NCBI RefSeq assembly: GCF_963921235.1 | Contig: NC_086097.1 | Span: forward strand, 55,926,001 to 55,990,000 | DNA: 64,000 nt | Source of the DNA: Mobula hypostoma | Taxonomy: Eukaryota | Direction: 5' to 3' | Shown here: piece after piece, positions 37,230 through 50,899 of the stretch | How positions within the stretch are numbered: the stretch's first letter is position 1 | How the letters are laid out: every line of letters starts with the position of its first letter | Made by a program: the position numbers and the translations under genes | Notes under the pieces: model-generated | The model's database searches: none | Told to the model about the DNA's origin: nothing | The model's input: only the letters and a program-made list of their open reading frames with translations

Positions 37230-38762
37230 ACATCAGTTTGCTTCATCATTATGCTTTGGTGCAATCGTCAAGATTCTATTGTATCCTTCACTGAAGTAGT
37301 ATTGATGTAGGCTCTTGATGAAGCTGATGCAAATAATTTCCTTGATGACACACATCGAGGGGCACTTTGGGATACTGTCCATTGATGATAAAGGTAGTCC
37401 GAGATTGAATCTAATCCTTGTATTTTCACAAATAACACGCAATAGATGCAAAGATGTGGGGAAAATGAGAAGACACAAAATGTCTGTAGAAAGGGTATAG
37501 ATATGTCAAATAGTGGGCAAAATGATTCCAGGTGGACAGAAAATGTGAAATTATCCCCTTTGTTAGAAGGAGAAGAAAAACAGTGTCTTCTTTAAATAGT
37601 GCCAAATATTAAGTGCTGGTGCTCAGGAGTGTGGACTTCGCAGGCTGAGCCAGCATTTAATTGACAGTAGTTTTGTTCAAGAAGTTTGCAAGAGAGATGG
37701 TATGATTAAAGACATCTCACTGTAACTTCACAGGCTTTTGTAGAGATGCTACTTTGAGTGAGGTGGTCCTCTGTTGGTCAGGGGTAGATCTTGGATGTTG
37801 TATCCTAGCTGTCTGTTCAGTCAACATGCAAACCTGGGCAGTACGATATAGAGAGCAAGCTGATGCCCGTGCAGCTCATGAATCCAAAGAAATGGCAGAG
37901 ACCTATACATGGCACCAGTAGCATTGCAGGAGTTGCCAGTCAGCATTGAACTCAACATAGGACTGTCTTAGGGACACCAGCTGCGGATTTTTCCTCAGGC
38001 GTTACTCCCAAAGCCTTCTTCATGAGTGTGTGTAGCCATAAAGCAGTGGAGCTTTGAGATCAGAGTTTTCCTTCTCCTAGATGAGCTGCTAACCACAGCT
38101 GATAAGCCCAATTGGCCTGAAGCCATTGGTTTTAAGGCACCAGTAACCCGCATTTGCCCCTTCTCCTGTCAGTACTAAGCTCCTGCCGAGCTTTGTAGCT
38201 AAGTCACATGTGAAGACCAGGAACATTTAATAGACCATGGGAACTTATCCCCATTATTCATTCTCCAGGCTATGATATCCTCAAGGAACCTCATATACAA
38301 TTATAGTTTCCTTATTTAAGGGAAGATAAACTTGTCTCTCAGGAAATGCCATGAGGTTTCACTATATTAATTGCTGGGATGAGAGGGTTTTCTTATGAGG
38401 AAATAGTAGGCAGAAGCTGGTAACCTCTTGAAATAGATGATTCTTAAGGTAGATAATGTAAGGATATTTCCCCTAGGGAATACAGTCACAGAAGAAGAAG
38501 TCAACCACCTAACGGTAAGGTTTCTATTCTCAGAGGTTTATGAATCATGAGAATACTCTATGAAAAAGAGGAGTTGTTGGTGAGTTGTTATGTACTTTCA
38601 AGGCCAAGAGAGGTTTTGGACAACAGGTAAATCATGGGTAATGAATATTGCGCAGGAAGGTGAAGTTGAGGTCAAGCAGGCGATCATCTGTGATTGCAAT
38701 GAATTTTAAGGAAAGTTAGAATGGTGACCTGGCCTTACTGTTGTTCCAGTTTCTTGTGTTTT
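37230..38762 (+). mobile_element. Old CR1 RT/3' fragment interrupted by an RTE-derived element
   Basis: Decayed CR1 RT and C-terminal sequence at 37230-37760 (CACAGGCTTTTGTAGAGATGCTACTTTGAGT) resumes near 38295 (TTTCCTTATTTAAGGGAAGATA...) and runs to the tail GTTTCTTGTGTT. Confidence 0.6.
37765..38290 (-). mobile_element. RTE-clade-derived non-autonomous element
   Basis: GGATGTTGTATCCTAGCTGTC...GGCAGTACGATATAGAGAGCAAGCTG...CCAGCTGCGGATTTTTCCTCAGG...CAGAGTTTTCCTTCTCCTAGATGAGCTGC resembles an RTE 5'UTR in reverse orientation. Confidence 0.65.
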
Positions 38763-39154
38763 TATTGCTGGTATAATTATTTGTCAAAATAAATATATAT
38801 CCCATCACACGCATTGAGTTACACAAGCTTAGATTTTATGTATTTAGCTTAGAAGTTAAGTCCATAAATGAATCAATAATCCATTATATGTTATTTTGAA
38901 AATCTTAATGAAGAAAATGTAATATTTTTATAAGCTTATTGAAAGAGATTTGCACAAACTCATACCTGAGCATGCAGCCAAGGGTAGAAAAGTTTCAAAG
39001 TTGGGTTTGACCAAGTCAAAAGTATGAAATCAGCAAGTATGAATTAAACTTTTAGTTTTTTGATCTCTTCTTACAGGCACCTGAGCTTAATGGAATAATG
39101 AGACACAATCATGGTTATATTGGCAGCATTATATAACCAAGACAATGGCAGTTT

Positions 39155-39350
39155 GAAATAAAACCAGAAACTTCTGAGAACACTCAGCAGTCAGACATTT
39201 GTGAAGGAGAAGATTTTGTGATTTAGGTTGAAGACCCTTTGTTGAACTCTTTGACCTGAAAATATTAATTGTTTCCCTTTTCACAGATGATGATTGGCCT
39301 GTTAAATACTTCCAGCATTTTCTGCTTTTGTTTGAGTTTCACAGCATTAG
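39155..39350. mobile_element. Old back-to-back Penelope-derived terminal repeats
   Basis: AAACCAGAAACTTCTGAGAACACTCAGCAGTCAG (minus-oriented) followed by TTTCACAGATGATGATTGGCCTGTTAAATACTTCCAGCATTTTCTG (plus-oriented). Confidence 0.55.
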
Positions 39351-39869
39351 TTTCTTTAGCGTAAGTTTAGATATAAGTTCTGAAATTCTTATGTTAATTT
39401 CAGCATGAGCTTTTAACTCGGTGCTAACGTTGGGCAACATTTTGGTTTGCACTAGTCTTCAGGTCCTGACAGTGCGACCAATGTGAAAAAAAACTAACGG
39501 ACAGAAACACAGTACTAGGCTTGAATAGCTTACAAGTTATGTGATGCCTAGCCTGTTACACTTCCATAGGTAATGCAATGTATGAAGAGATGTACGTCAA
39601 GTCACATGGCTTGCTCAAGTAGGTCCCAGAAGTGGATACTGACACAGATTCAAGAAATTGGCAGCTTGCCAGACTATCTTCCAACCATAATTTATTTGTG
39701 GCAGGCAGGGAGAGGGTGGCCAGCAGCCTCTGTGAAGAGAACAAAGAGAATAAATATGGAGATGAACACTGATGAGTGCCATTGCCAACTGCCACAACAG
39801 CCACTTTGGAGTAGGTAATGAAAATAGGGGAGGAATATGTATGTGCTGAGCTGAGGAACTGTATACACT

Positions 39870-40660
39870 TCACATCTTTAATCTTTGCTAATCACCCCCC
39901 ACTAATGGATTTTATATTTTTCTATTTACCATGGGCAGCCTCTGTCTCATGGTATTGAAGCCTGCCTTATCCAAACCTAAATGCTGAATACTGCGCCAAG
40001 TTGTTCTCTTTCAAAAGATCCAGGTAATCACCATGAGGTAACTTCAGGTAATGTTGGCTTGTTAACAACATCTAAGTCTAACATGGTCTCTTTCTTGTAA
40101 AGTCTCCACTTTGTAGCAGGGATCGCTGGCATATGTTGCTTATTGCCTTTCAATATAATATGGTTGCTGTTCTTCATTATCAACCCTGATATTTGTTATA
40201 CAATGTCCAGTAAACCTCTCACACTATAATTAAATTATTCTGGCTTTATGGCATCCTAATGTACTCATTAATTGCAATGTGATATGCTAACAAAGGGATT
40301 TCTCATATACTATACAAATATAGGAGAAACTAGACAAATATGCATAAAGGAAGAATGATTTAAATTTAGCTTTTTATCTTTCAAATAAACCTATTACTTC
40401 ATCTGAAAGGTAGTGAATTTCTTGGCTAGTGAAGTATCTGAAAACCATGAAAGAAAGATCATGTTAGACAGATGTTGTTAACAAGCCAACATTTCATGAA
40501 GTTATCTCGTGATGATTATCTGGATCTTCTGAAAGAGAACAATTTGATGCAGTATTCAAGCTCTTCGATATGGATAAGGCAGGTTTCACTATCTAAGATG
40601 GAGCCTGTCTGTGGTGAACAGACCAATGGGACATAACTAGCAAAGAATACAAATGTGGTA
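39870..40660. repeat. Long imperfect inverted duplication, arms about 39870-40095 and 40451-40660
   Basis: TGTTGGCTTGTTAACAACATCT pairs with AGATGTTGTTAACAAGCCAACA, CCTGCCTTATCCA with TGGATAAGGCAGG, and TTGTTCTCTTTCA with TGAAAGAGAACAA. Confidence 0.92.
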
Positions 40661-42810
40661 CAGAACTAATTTTAAGAAATAAGGACTTTACTTGCCAAAA
40701 AACATGGATGCATGGATGACAGGAAAATAATAAGTGATAAAATAAAAGGGTTCATACAGAAGTACACAATATAGCACCCTGGTGACTGGGAGAGGTTCAA
40801 AAACCAAATGGATAGAAAACAAATAACAAGTGATATAAGACGGCAAAGAGGTTTTCAAGAGATAACAAAATCAATGCAATATTTCTTAAAGGTGATCAGC
40901 AGCAATTTGGGGCCCTTCACAACTGATAAATTGTTAAAAAAATGATACAGTAGTCATATTGAATCATTATTTCCAGAAAAGAAAGGGGATAGACATCAAT
41001 GGGGGCTAGTGTTGAATCGAGACTGAAGAAAATGATGGCAATAAGATTGAAAAATGTTGAGAGTTAGCTTTTCCATTCAGGATTTTAAAGGACGTAGGTG
41101 AGAACTCTGCAAAAGCTGGACAAAAAAAAACAATCCACCAATATTCTCTACACTTGGAAGAGAGAGCTGGCAAGGAAAAGTAGGTCATCTCTGTAAAACT
41201 TGATTGCATTTTACAAAGAGGTTATCTGTAATAATGGATGTGGACACAAAATATCACGTTTGGAGGCAAAGTGCCAAATATTGACACAGCTAAATTGTGT
41301 ATTTATTTTCATATCTGAGGATCAATTTCTCGGCGTTAGCTAAAGTTGAACCCCTGAAAATGAAACCAACCAAATGACTGATTTAGAAGACTGCCCGAGA
41401 GGTAAGAAATAAAAGATTAGGGATGATGGGTAGATACTCAAAGACCCAAATTGCACAACATGATTGAAAACTAAACAAGTTCAGACCTTTTCTTCTTCAT
41501 TCTAGAACTTGAGTCTCTGAGGCACTTGTCACTATTAGAAGTCTTGCAATGTACCAGTGGACAGCAAGCTCATTCTCCAAGGATAGCTTCCCACAAATAT
41601 AATGTCCAGAAGGTCAAGAGATAGTGTGGATCGATTCCTTAATAGCTTATTCCCTTGACCTCTGAATGACCAACTTTACCAGGTCCATGAGCTGGGATGT
41701 CCTTGGTCCTGGACTCAAAACTTTTCATGATCGATGAGCAACACAAAGAACAGGGTCCATTCTGAATGAAAAAGACAAGTTTAATTTTTTGATGAAGGGT
41801 CTCAGCCTCAAATGTCAACTGTTTACTGTTTTCCATAGATGCTGCCTGGCCTGCTGAGTTCCTCCAGTATTTCATGTGTATTGCTTGGATTTCCAGCATC
41901 TGCAGATTTTCTCTTGTTTATTTTTCTATTGTCTTGTGCAATCAATATTTTTAAATTAGCAAAAATATGATTTTACTTTCTTTATCAATGACCTGGAATA
42001 AGGAATACAAAGTCACATATCCAAGTTTATCGACGAAAAGGAAATAGGGAACATTGTGAACTGTGAGATATTACTAGATTACAGTGAATACATTTGTAAA
42101 AAGGATTTCAGTGCCATCACTGGGACATCATCCTTCATGGACATAAACAGGGACAAGCAGGATATTACCCCATTGCAAAAAGCCAGAAATGGGGGGAGGT
42201 TTAAAGACATTTTGTCCATGAGCGCAGATCATTAATTTGTCATAATTGTTATGAAACTAATCAAAAAGACCATTGAAAAGCTAGCCCTTGTATCTATAGT
42301 TTAGCAAGGATGCAAAGATGGAGGTGAAAGAGGTAAAGATTCATGTTATTGCTGCACAAACCCTTGGTTATACCTGGACTACTGTAAGTAGTTCTAGGCA
42401 TCATATCATAGCTTGTCTATATTGCCCCTACAAGAAATCCCAATTAAAGGTACTCAAATAAAGCTTGGTCTCCAAGGATCATGAGTGAAATTATACAAAT
42501 TTGGGTTATATATTCCCTGCTTTTTAAGAGCTTGATGGATAATTTTGTTCAAGGGGATCTGACAGAGTTAAATATAGAGAACATATTTCCATTGGTTGAT
42601 GCCTTTGAAGTCAGTGTTTGAAACTCTTTTCTGTAAATGACAAGTTACACCAAGTTAATTTTATACCAGAACTGAAAACTTTTCATTACCCAAATGTATT
42701 AAGAGATGTGAGATAAAAGTAGGCAATGGAATTAGGTCACAGATTTGCTATGAATTCATTGAATGGTGGACTAGAGTCAAAAGGCTAGGCAGATTATTCT
42801 TCTCTTTCTC
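40400..42810 (+). mobile_element. Very old, fragmented CR1 ORF2 relic
   Basis: Patchy matches: TGACCTGGAATAAGGAATACAAAGTCACATATCCAAGTTT (the DL...SKF region of RT), CCCTTGGTTATACCTGGACTACTG, and the tail GAATGGTGGACTAGAGTCAAAAGGCT. Confidence 0.5.
41789..41920 (+). mobile_element. Penelope-like terminal repeat with degenerate hammerhead
   Basis: TTGATGA-AGGGTCTCAGCCT-CAAA-TGTC-AACTG...ATAGATGCTGCCTGGCCTGCTGAGTTCCTCCAG...GGATTTCCAGCATCTGCAGATTTTCTCTTGTTT. Confidence 0.87.
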
Positions 42811-45800
42811 AATGTTGATATTCCATTCTAATCTGGACAAACAATTATAATAGAAAGAGTTGATAAGAAATGTACATTGCCCTAAATTATTACATACATT
42901 ATCGAATGGGGTGTTGTTAGAAAAAGTGGAATTTTAGAAAATTACTGAAGGTTCAATGGACTGAAAGTCTTGCCTATATGCTTGACATTTTATGAGCCAC
43001 CACCAGGACATCCAGCTGGGAATCTGTAATGTGCTTCATACTGGTTCTGGGTCATTTCTCTGTGAGGCAAGTTCTGTTACTTTTTGTTACAAGCCCTCCA
43101 ACCCACCACGTTCAATGCTCCAAGTGCCCACCTCTCAAGGAATGTTATTCCTTGGTTGTTAGATGTGAGTTGTCCTCATCATTCACTTGAGGTCAGCTTT
43201 GCCCCACTGGGGCTCCACTAATCCAGCTGCTCTACCTGAAGAGCCCCTATTGTGGCAAAAAAAAGACACTGCAAGTTTATGTTCTATGCAAGACCTTTTG
43301 TTAGTGTATGTTTTAAATATGATAATGCACAGAAGCCCCAAGATTCTTAATCATAAAGCTAATGAAGTATTGACTATCATGTGTATTAGTGCACAAAGCT
43401 CTGTATGGCCTTACAAAAAACTGGCACCATTCCCCCTGGCAGTGCCAGTTGGATCTTATGTGCTGAAGAATTCCTGGGCCTTATGTCCTAATACAAAAGA
43501 AACAATTCTGTTTGTGTACTCTTGGGTTTTATCAAACATGTTTTACATACCTTTAATCCATCTTCGCACTTGTATCGAAATTTCATGATTGTCTTCATTC
43601 ACATTTCCCATCCTTTCTTAACTACAATGAAACAATTTGCTTTGGGAAATTCCTCTCACTGTGATTGGAATATTTCAAAATATCCTGTGCTGATTTACAT
43701 TTCTACAATGCAAAGTCTAACTTAAAATTACATTCTCTTTACTAGCATAAACCTTCCTTTCTTCTGAAACCAACATCAAAAGTACCTTTCATTCAAACTA
43801 TTTCATTAATTTTAGGATTTTAGTATTAGGCTGTAATCATCTGTTTCTATTTTACAACATCTGTAATACAAATATTTCCTTAATTGCAGCATTCCTTTAT
43901 AACTCAGCAATCTCTGTTGCATATTTGCTTCATTATGTTCGTGAATTATTGTGAAGTATTTTAAAAGCAGGCTGATTGATAAATAACATGATACACATTC
44001 TAATGGATCAGCCCGTAAACATAATATTAGATTTCTTATCTATGGATGTGTTGATATAAGCAAGTGCACAAGCAAACAAACCCCGTTAGCAAATGCTGTT
44101 CGTGACACGGTCTCCATTTGAATTACTAAAGGGAAGAACTACAACAACCAAAAGTATGATCTCCCTCAAAACATCTGCATCCATCTGACCCTGGCCTTAA
44201 CCTTTAAATCTATCTTTTCATATTCATCTCAAAAGACCTTGTCAATAGCCAAGGAGACTCATAAAAAAGGATCCTTCGACAAACAAAAAAGATACAGAGG
44301 AAATTCAACCCAAATTAGGTGGCAAGAGATAATACAATTTGCTCATTTTTATTCTGCTGCTCAAACTGGGGTTGAATTCATTTCACTTTATCTTTATTCA
44401 TGTTATTTAAACATTAGATTCATTAAGATTTTGAACTGCAACAGATATAGAGAACAAAACTAGTTGCCAAATTTGTCCAACATCTGTTCCCAGAAGGGAC
44501 GGACATTTGCCAACTTCACATCATGCTATACTTTCTGAATTAATTTCAAAGACAGCCCATCAATTTAAGAACTGTTTGATCAAACTTCTCATTAACCGAA
44601 TGAAACATTAAATTGGTGTATCAATATTCAGACAAATAATTAAAATGTTCATTAAATGGCTCATGTAGAGACAATAGAAACAGACTGGCAAAGGCATAAT
44701 TCCTACATGATTATTTATTAAAAGTGGAAGATAAATGTTGATTTACCGCGCTTGTTAAAATATGTAAGCTGTTTAATGAACAGAATGATATTAAGCTCAC
44801 GTTTCAGTTTATGTAATGAGAAATGCGAATGTTTTGTAGTGAAAAGATATGCTGTAAGAATCTCTTTTAATCTTATGTTGGTCTGGGGAAAATGAATATA
44901 GAATTTGCGAAGAGCAGAAAGTAGCTTATTACCTGTTGAAGCTTAGAATTCTTTGACCAGTGCAAAGCAAGGAGATACCGCTTTTTTTTTGTCCATCTGG
45001 CAATTTTGTTTCTGTTTCAATTTGGTGATTATTCTGTCCTGGGCAGGAAAGGGGGCAGAGGAAATGCCAAGTCATCTGGAATCAAAATCTCTTTGGACTA
45101 AATTATTAGGTTTTTAAAACCCAACCTTCCAGAGAACATACATTGCCAAACGATAGTAAAATCATTTCAACAATACTTTCTGCAGATTGTGTCACAGCCT
45201 TTCTTTTGCCCCCACCCTGATGGTTCTTACCCAATAATGGGATTACCAGGATTCTAAAAACTCATTCAATTCATTAATTTAGTTTGCACTAACATAAAAA
45301 AATGCTTATCACCACTGGTGATCTTAGTATATTATTTAAATTAGAAAGCATGTTAAAGCTGAATATTAAAAAAATTTGGAATTTCAAATGTTCACCTGGT
45401 ATAAAAGATTTGTAAGTTCTGAAAATCTCAATCATAAAAAATTGATAAGTAAAAGCAAAGAGTTTCTCATTCTATCATAGCTACTGCAAAGTACTTTAGT
45501 GAACTATAACAAGTTGCTGTTACTGCAAATGGGTGAATCGATACAAACCAATGTTACAATATATGATGTAAGTTTGATAATGCTTTTTAAAGTAAGAAGG
45601 ATAATAAAAACAAATTAAATTTAAATCTTCTTTTAGTCTTTTTTTTCTGTATTATAACTTCAAATTCTATTACAAACCACATTCTGGTTTGGTGTACCTT
45701 ATTAACAGATTGTATGAGTCAATGTTCCCAGCCTCACTGATACAGTATATTTATTGTACATTGGCACATTGTCTCCAACATACCTGCTTTTATCAACATA

Positions 45801-48800
45801 CTGGGTAAGTAACTGCAGCTGTCTTCAATGTACAATGGTGTGCCTAATAAAAAAGGAACAGTTTGCAAACATTCAGCTGTCCTGTGCAACTGCTCACTAT
45901 GACCTTCCTTGGCAATCATCTGCAAGGCAGTCACAAATCACTAATGAGCTGTTTTTGTCTTTAATTGCTTACTTAATTATAGAGAATTAACATAAGAACA
46001 TTTCCAGTTATTAACATAATTGTATTCAGAGATGAAATGTTGCTTTCTATCAATCTGCTCATCTATAATAAGCAACTTGTTTACTGAAAACAGTTTTTTA
46101 AAAACTCATTGCCAATGTACAACTGAAGCCTGGATGATCGAGCTACCAGCATGTGCCACCAAGCATTTTAGGTCACGCTATAAAATGAACTTGATAAACA
46201 ACAAGGAAACTCATAATCTAATGACAACAGTGGTCAATAAAGCCTAATTGGTTGCCACATCAACAAGACATTCAAAAACATACATTTTAGTTGTTTCATT
46301 TTAAAAATAAAATAACCTTTACCATTATGATCTTTATAGTGTTAAAAAGTGACATAAAACAAGTCTCTCACTGAAAGAAAATGGGCCAATATACTGGGAT
46401 AAGAATTTGATTGTTAGCACTTCAGCTGAATGTCAGGATAAAGGTATAAACAGCAGCTAGTTGTACAGTGTTCATTCAGCATTAGTGAGCAAAGAATAAT
46501 TTTAATACCAGTCAACTTATAATTTTTGTCAATGAGTTCTTCGACATATTTTATCTCTAGCTTATGCACAAAATAGGAAAGTCTTAGAAGTGTTGAAAGA
46601 GATCTTTAGCAGTCATGCAGAAATTACCCCAAGCTGAAATAGCGGATCAACAGCATGTTTTAGGTCGAGGTCATTCCACAAAAATCACCCTGTTTCCACC
46701 CAATGGAAAAGGAGCTTCACCCTTCATAACATTCTATTTATTACATGTGTATTACGAATTCAAATAGTAGATCTGGTATATAACAATATCAAAATGTTGA
46801 TCATAACTTTCATGGCAAATTGACTTCAAAGTAAAAAAACTTGTGAAATACCTCATGAGTAGCCCATGTAGTTATGCAAAACAAACCTGAATTATCACTA
46901 AAAGATACATCTTACTAATGCAGACTTAAAATGTTCTGCTGTATATAATAAGTCGATGTGACTTGTAAATGGTGCTATTGGATAAAGTCCAGCATTTGTG
47001 TTTTTTTAAAGCATTCAAATCATTTCCTATCAGCTATACAAGGTATTAGGTGCTAAACCTCATGTTTCCTGAGTTAACTGAGCCTCAAATAGTAAACTCA
47101 GCCCAACTCTGTAAAACCAGATTTGTTTAACAACACGATTTAGGGACTATCCATTCATGTACCTTGTACAACTAACTCCACTGTTAAAGCTAGAATCATG
47201 AAAGAGTCATTTCATGTAGCTGGTAAATTCTTCTCAAATCTCCTTGCAAGTAACGAGTAAAAAAGCTCAGTGTGTAATGCCAGCTAATGTGGTTTATGGA
47301 AGAAAATAGCATCAGCCTATCTTTGTAGCCATCTAAGCCAGGATAATGCTTTTAGCCTTTATACTTCAACCAACTCGATTTTTCCAACCCTCAGCCATGT
47401 ATCTACTGAAATCCTTTTCCAAAGAGTTAAATTGGATGTGAAATCTGTTCTCAGCTATGAGCTGCCTTTGTTCTTGGTCTTGCCGGCAAAGCTTTGCCAC
47501 TGCATCACTTTCATCGACATCTGATTGAGCTTGACAGTGTGACAGCGAGGCACAGACAAGCAATTCTGCACTGAATGAGAGTCTTTTTCAGCCAGGCAGC
47601 AGCCTACTCAGAGTCTGAGAAAAGGCCACAGCAGATGCAGAAAGAAAACCTTCTCAGGGAAAATAAAAGCTAAACTTTGACGCAATTAAATATGAAACAG
47701 AGCTCCTTCACTCTAGGTGATCTTGGCCAGCTTACAATGAAAGAAAGGGTGGTTGATAAACTATGTGCTTTAAAGTTAAAAGGTGGTAAATTGACAGGAG
47801 AAATCTGGGGCACCACTATTATCATTTTTTGCCAAGTAAGACATCCTGCAAATAACAAATAATTTGTAAGGTTCTCTTTTTTGGGAGCGAAGCATTAGGT
47901 GCAACATGAATGCTTTGAATTCTACAGAACTTTGTTTGTACAGCCCAAGGTTAGGTGGTATTTCTAATTTCACTCTGATTGAACAGAGGTTCAGAAGCAG
48001 GGATGTGGTTCAGCTTCTGGTGCCAATTTAAGATTTGAGCAAACAGGAGAATACTGTATATCACAGATGTTGGCATCATAATGATCTGGCATTCTCTCCT
48101 ATATATAGATTGTGAGGTATGTTTTTACAAGCACCCAAATATTTGACCTGGTATATTGAGTTGTACTCAGCACACATATTTTATAAGAGGTAATCATACA
48201 TTGTCCAAACATTAGACTAAGATCATCTTGCATCTATTGTTAGAGTTATTTTATGGATAATTGCTTTGTGAGATGTGCTTGCTGTCATCTTACTGCACTT
48301 TGGTCTGGCAGACACTCTGTGTATCCATGAAGCTGAATTCCTAATGGCTGGCAGACGGGAACTGAACCTATCTCAGTCAAAGTAGTTCTTTGTGTCTCTA
48401 ACAGGATTAAAAGTTAGCTCTGTGGACACAAACAACACTTTTGTATTTTTTTGTGCCAAGGTGAAAAGTTTGCCTAGTGCATAAAGATACGTACATAAAG
48501 ATAAGGGGTTCTTCCAATTGCATTTTCTGTTCCTGTAGATATGGCTCATAATATCACAATTCAGTTTTGCATTATTTATCATTCTAGTTATTAACAAATA
48601 ATAGTTAACCAGCAACTACATTTTTCATGTGAATTTTTTTAGTATACCAATTTAGTGTTTGAAAGGCCATTGATAATACGCTCAGTTTAATCTATTTCCC
48701 TCTTCAAAAAGCTCTGCATTTAACATAAAACTTCTTGGTGAAGAAAAAATAATGACGGAGAAAATGTGGATAAAAATGCAGTAGGAAATCAATAAAGCAC

Positions 48801-49469
48801 ATAAATCTATACCAGTAAAACATATAAATCAAATCCTCAGCATTAAAAGATACCAAATCTCCCAAATTATCAGCTCACCAATGCACCAGACTTTGATTTC
48901 ATTTCGCCAGTCCAGAACAAAACCCAGCAGAACAATGAAGCACAGATAGGCTCAAGTCTTGTCGTCTTACATGGAGCATTTTGCAGAAAGAAGTGTAATC
49001 CTCCTACTAATGTAGAAAAGAAATGAGCAGTGCCACAAACTAGATCTCAGGAGAGCAATGATGCACTTGGTCTAGAAACTGGACTGCTTTAAAATCAGGT
49101 TGCATTGTCTGAATAATACTCATTTCATGTGTCTTAAGTGATCAGCTAGAACCAGATCATTTTGGTAAGTGGACCTCGTTTGTGTATTACCGGTGAACTC
49201 TGGCTGCCTGTCAGCATGCTGGTCCTGCAAAGTAGGTCAGAATTATCCACAATCCATTAGTAAAATATTCAAAGCATATCATTCCAATGACATCTTTCAT
49301 GATGATCCATTGGTCAGACTGCCACATGAATAGATGTACTGTCACTGGCATGAACAAAAGAGGCCTTTTATAGCAATAGACAAAAGGACCTAAAAATTTT
49401 CAGGATCATGCCCTAATTGTTTACAAGATGGTAGGCAGCACGATGCAAACAGGTTTGCTGTAATCCAGT

Positions 49470-49720
49470 TTTTTTAAATTTAGAGATACAGTAGCATAAC
49501 AGGTCCTTCCAGCTCAACAAGCCCATGTTGTCCGATTACGCCTATTCAATGAATTAACCTGTATGTCTTTGCAACCTGGGAGGAAATCGGAGCATCTGGA
49601 GGAAACTCATACGGTCAAGTGGAGAACGTACAAACTGTTTACAGACAGTGGCAGGAATTGAACCCCTGTTGCTGCCGCTATAAAGCATTACACTAACCAC
49701 TGCGCTATCGTGCCACCCCA
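49470..49720 (-). mobile_element. V-domain tRNA SINE
   Basis: GGGAGGAAATCGGAGCATCTGGAGGAAACTCA...GGAATTGAACC...CTAACCACTGCGCTATCGTGCCACCCC is the reverse complement of the SINE head and core. Confidence 0.87.
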
Positions 49721-50139
49721 GCACAATGTTTGTGGCATAGAGATTATTTTTCACTTTAAACACATGTTAGAGTATTTGCCTAGAGGACTGCGGGGGTTTG
49801 GTGCCAGAGAAAGTTTGGTCTCCCCTGGAAAGTTCAGGGCTGGTTCTTCACATTGCAACCCTGCTGACTCCAACTATTTTTCTTTCAATGAGTTACCAAC
49901 AAACCTATAAATATAGTTTGGTCCACTTGAATCGCATAGTACCTTGGATTCTTTCTTTATTCAGACCTAATTTTCTACACATGGTCCATATTCTGTATTA
50001 GCTGCAGAAGTGAGGACCAATTTTAACATGGTTTACATCCAATTTGATTTGTATGAATAATGTCCTTATCTCTGCATGTGTGTCTTTGACCACTCAGTCA
50101 AATCTTTCAATATCCACAACACACAATAAACCGCCATTC

Positions 50140-50385
50140 AAAATACAAAGTAAATTTGTTATCAGGTGCATACATATATCTCATCATATACAACTCTGAG
50201 ATTCATTTTCATTTTCATTGATAGTGAGTCCATAGGTTATGGGAACATTTCGATGATGTTGATTAAAGTTATCTCTTCTGGTTCAAGAGCCTGATAGTTG
50301 AGGGGTAATAACTGTTCCTGAACCTGGTGGTGCGAGTCCTGAGGCTCCTGTACACGCAGCGAGAAGAGAGCATGGTCCCTGATAA
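50140..50385 (-). mobile_element. Rex1/Babar-type LINE 3' end, internally deleted
   Basis: The minus strand reads YRSLRTRTTRFRNSYYPSTIRLLNQ, and the tail matches the copies at 23712 and 50900. Confidence 0.85.
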
Positions 50386-50899
50386 TGGAACCGATAGAGT
50401 GCAGACATTACACGCAGCTGATTTTATGCACCAGTTAGGACCACACTTCTTCAAAAAAACATGCATTACAGAAATGAATGTCTAACCCTGTATATAGATT
50501 GCATAATGAAAGCTATTCTGTTTGGGGATAAGAGAACAACAAAATTGTTGAAGGATTTGACTGATATCCATTTGCAACTTGGTCTGGTGATTTGTGATGA
50601 AGTTGCTATCAATGTTTAGCGCAAAACTCACTGTTGCACACTGTGTCCACACCACCTTGAGCTTGGGGAAGGAAATTTTAATGTTGCCATTATATATAAT
50701 CAGGCTTGGGCTTTGTTCTCCATTGATGAGTTTTTAAAATCTTTCTTTCGCTATAATTTTTATGGCTTTGTTTTTTTCAGCTAATTAATGTGCTGATTTG
50801 TTATTTACTAATAAGGTATTTCATTATCTTGTGATATTTCTGCTTAAAGTGCACTGCAAGAAGACCGACTTCGTGTAACATTCCTTCAACTTCATATAC

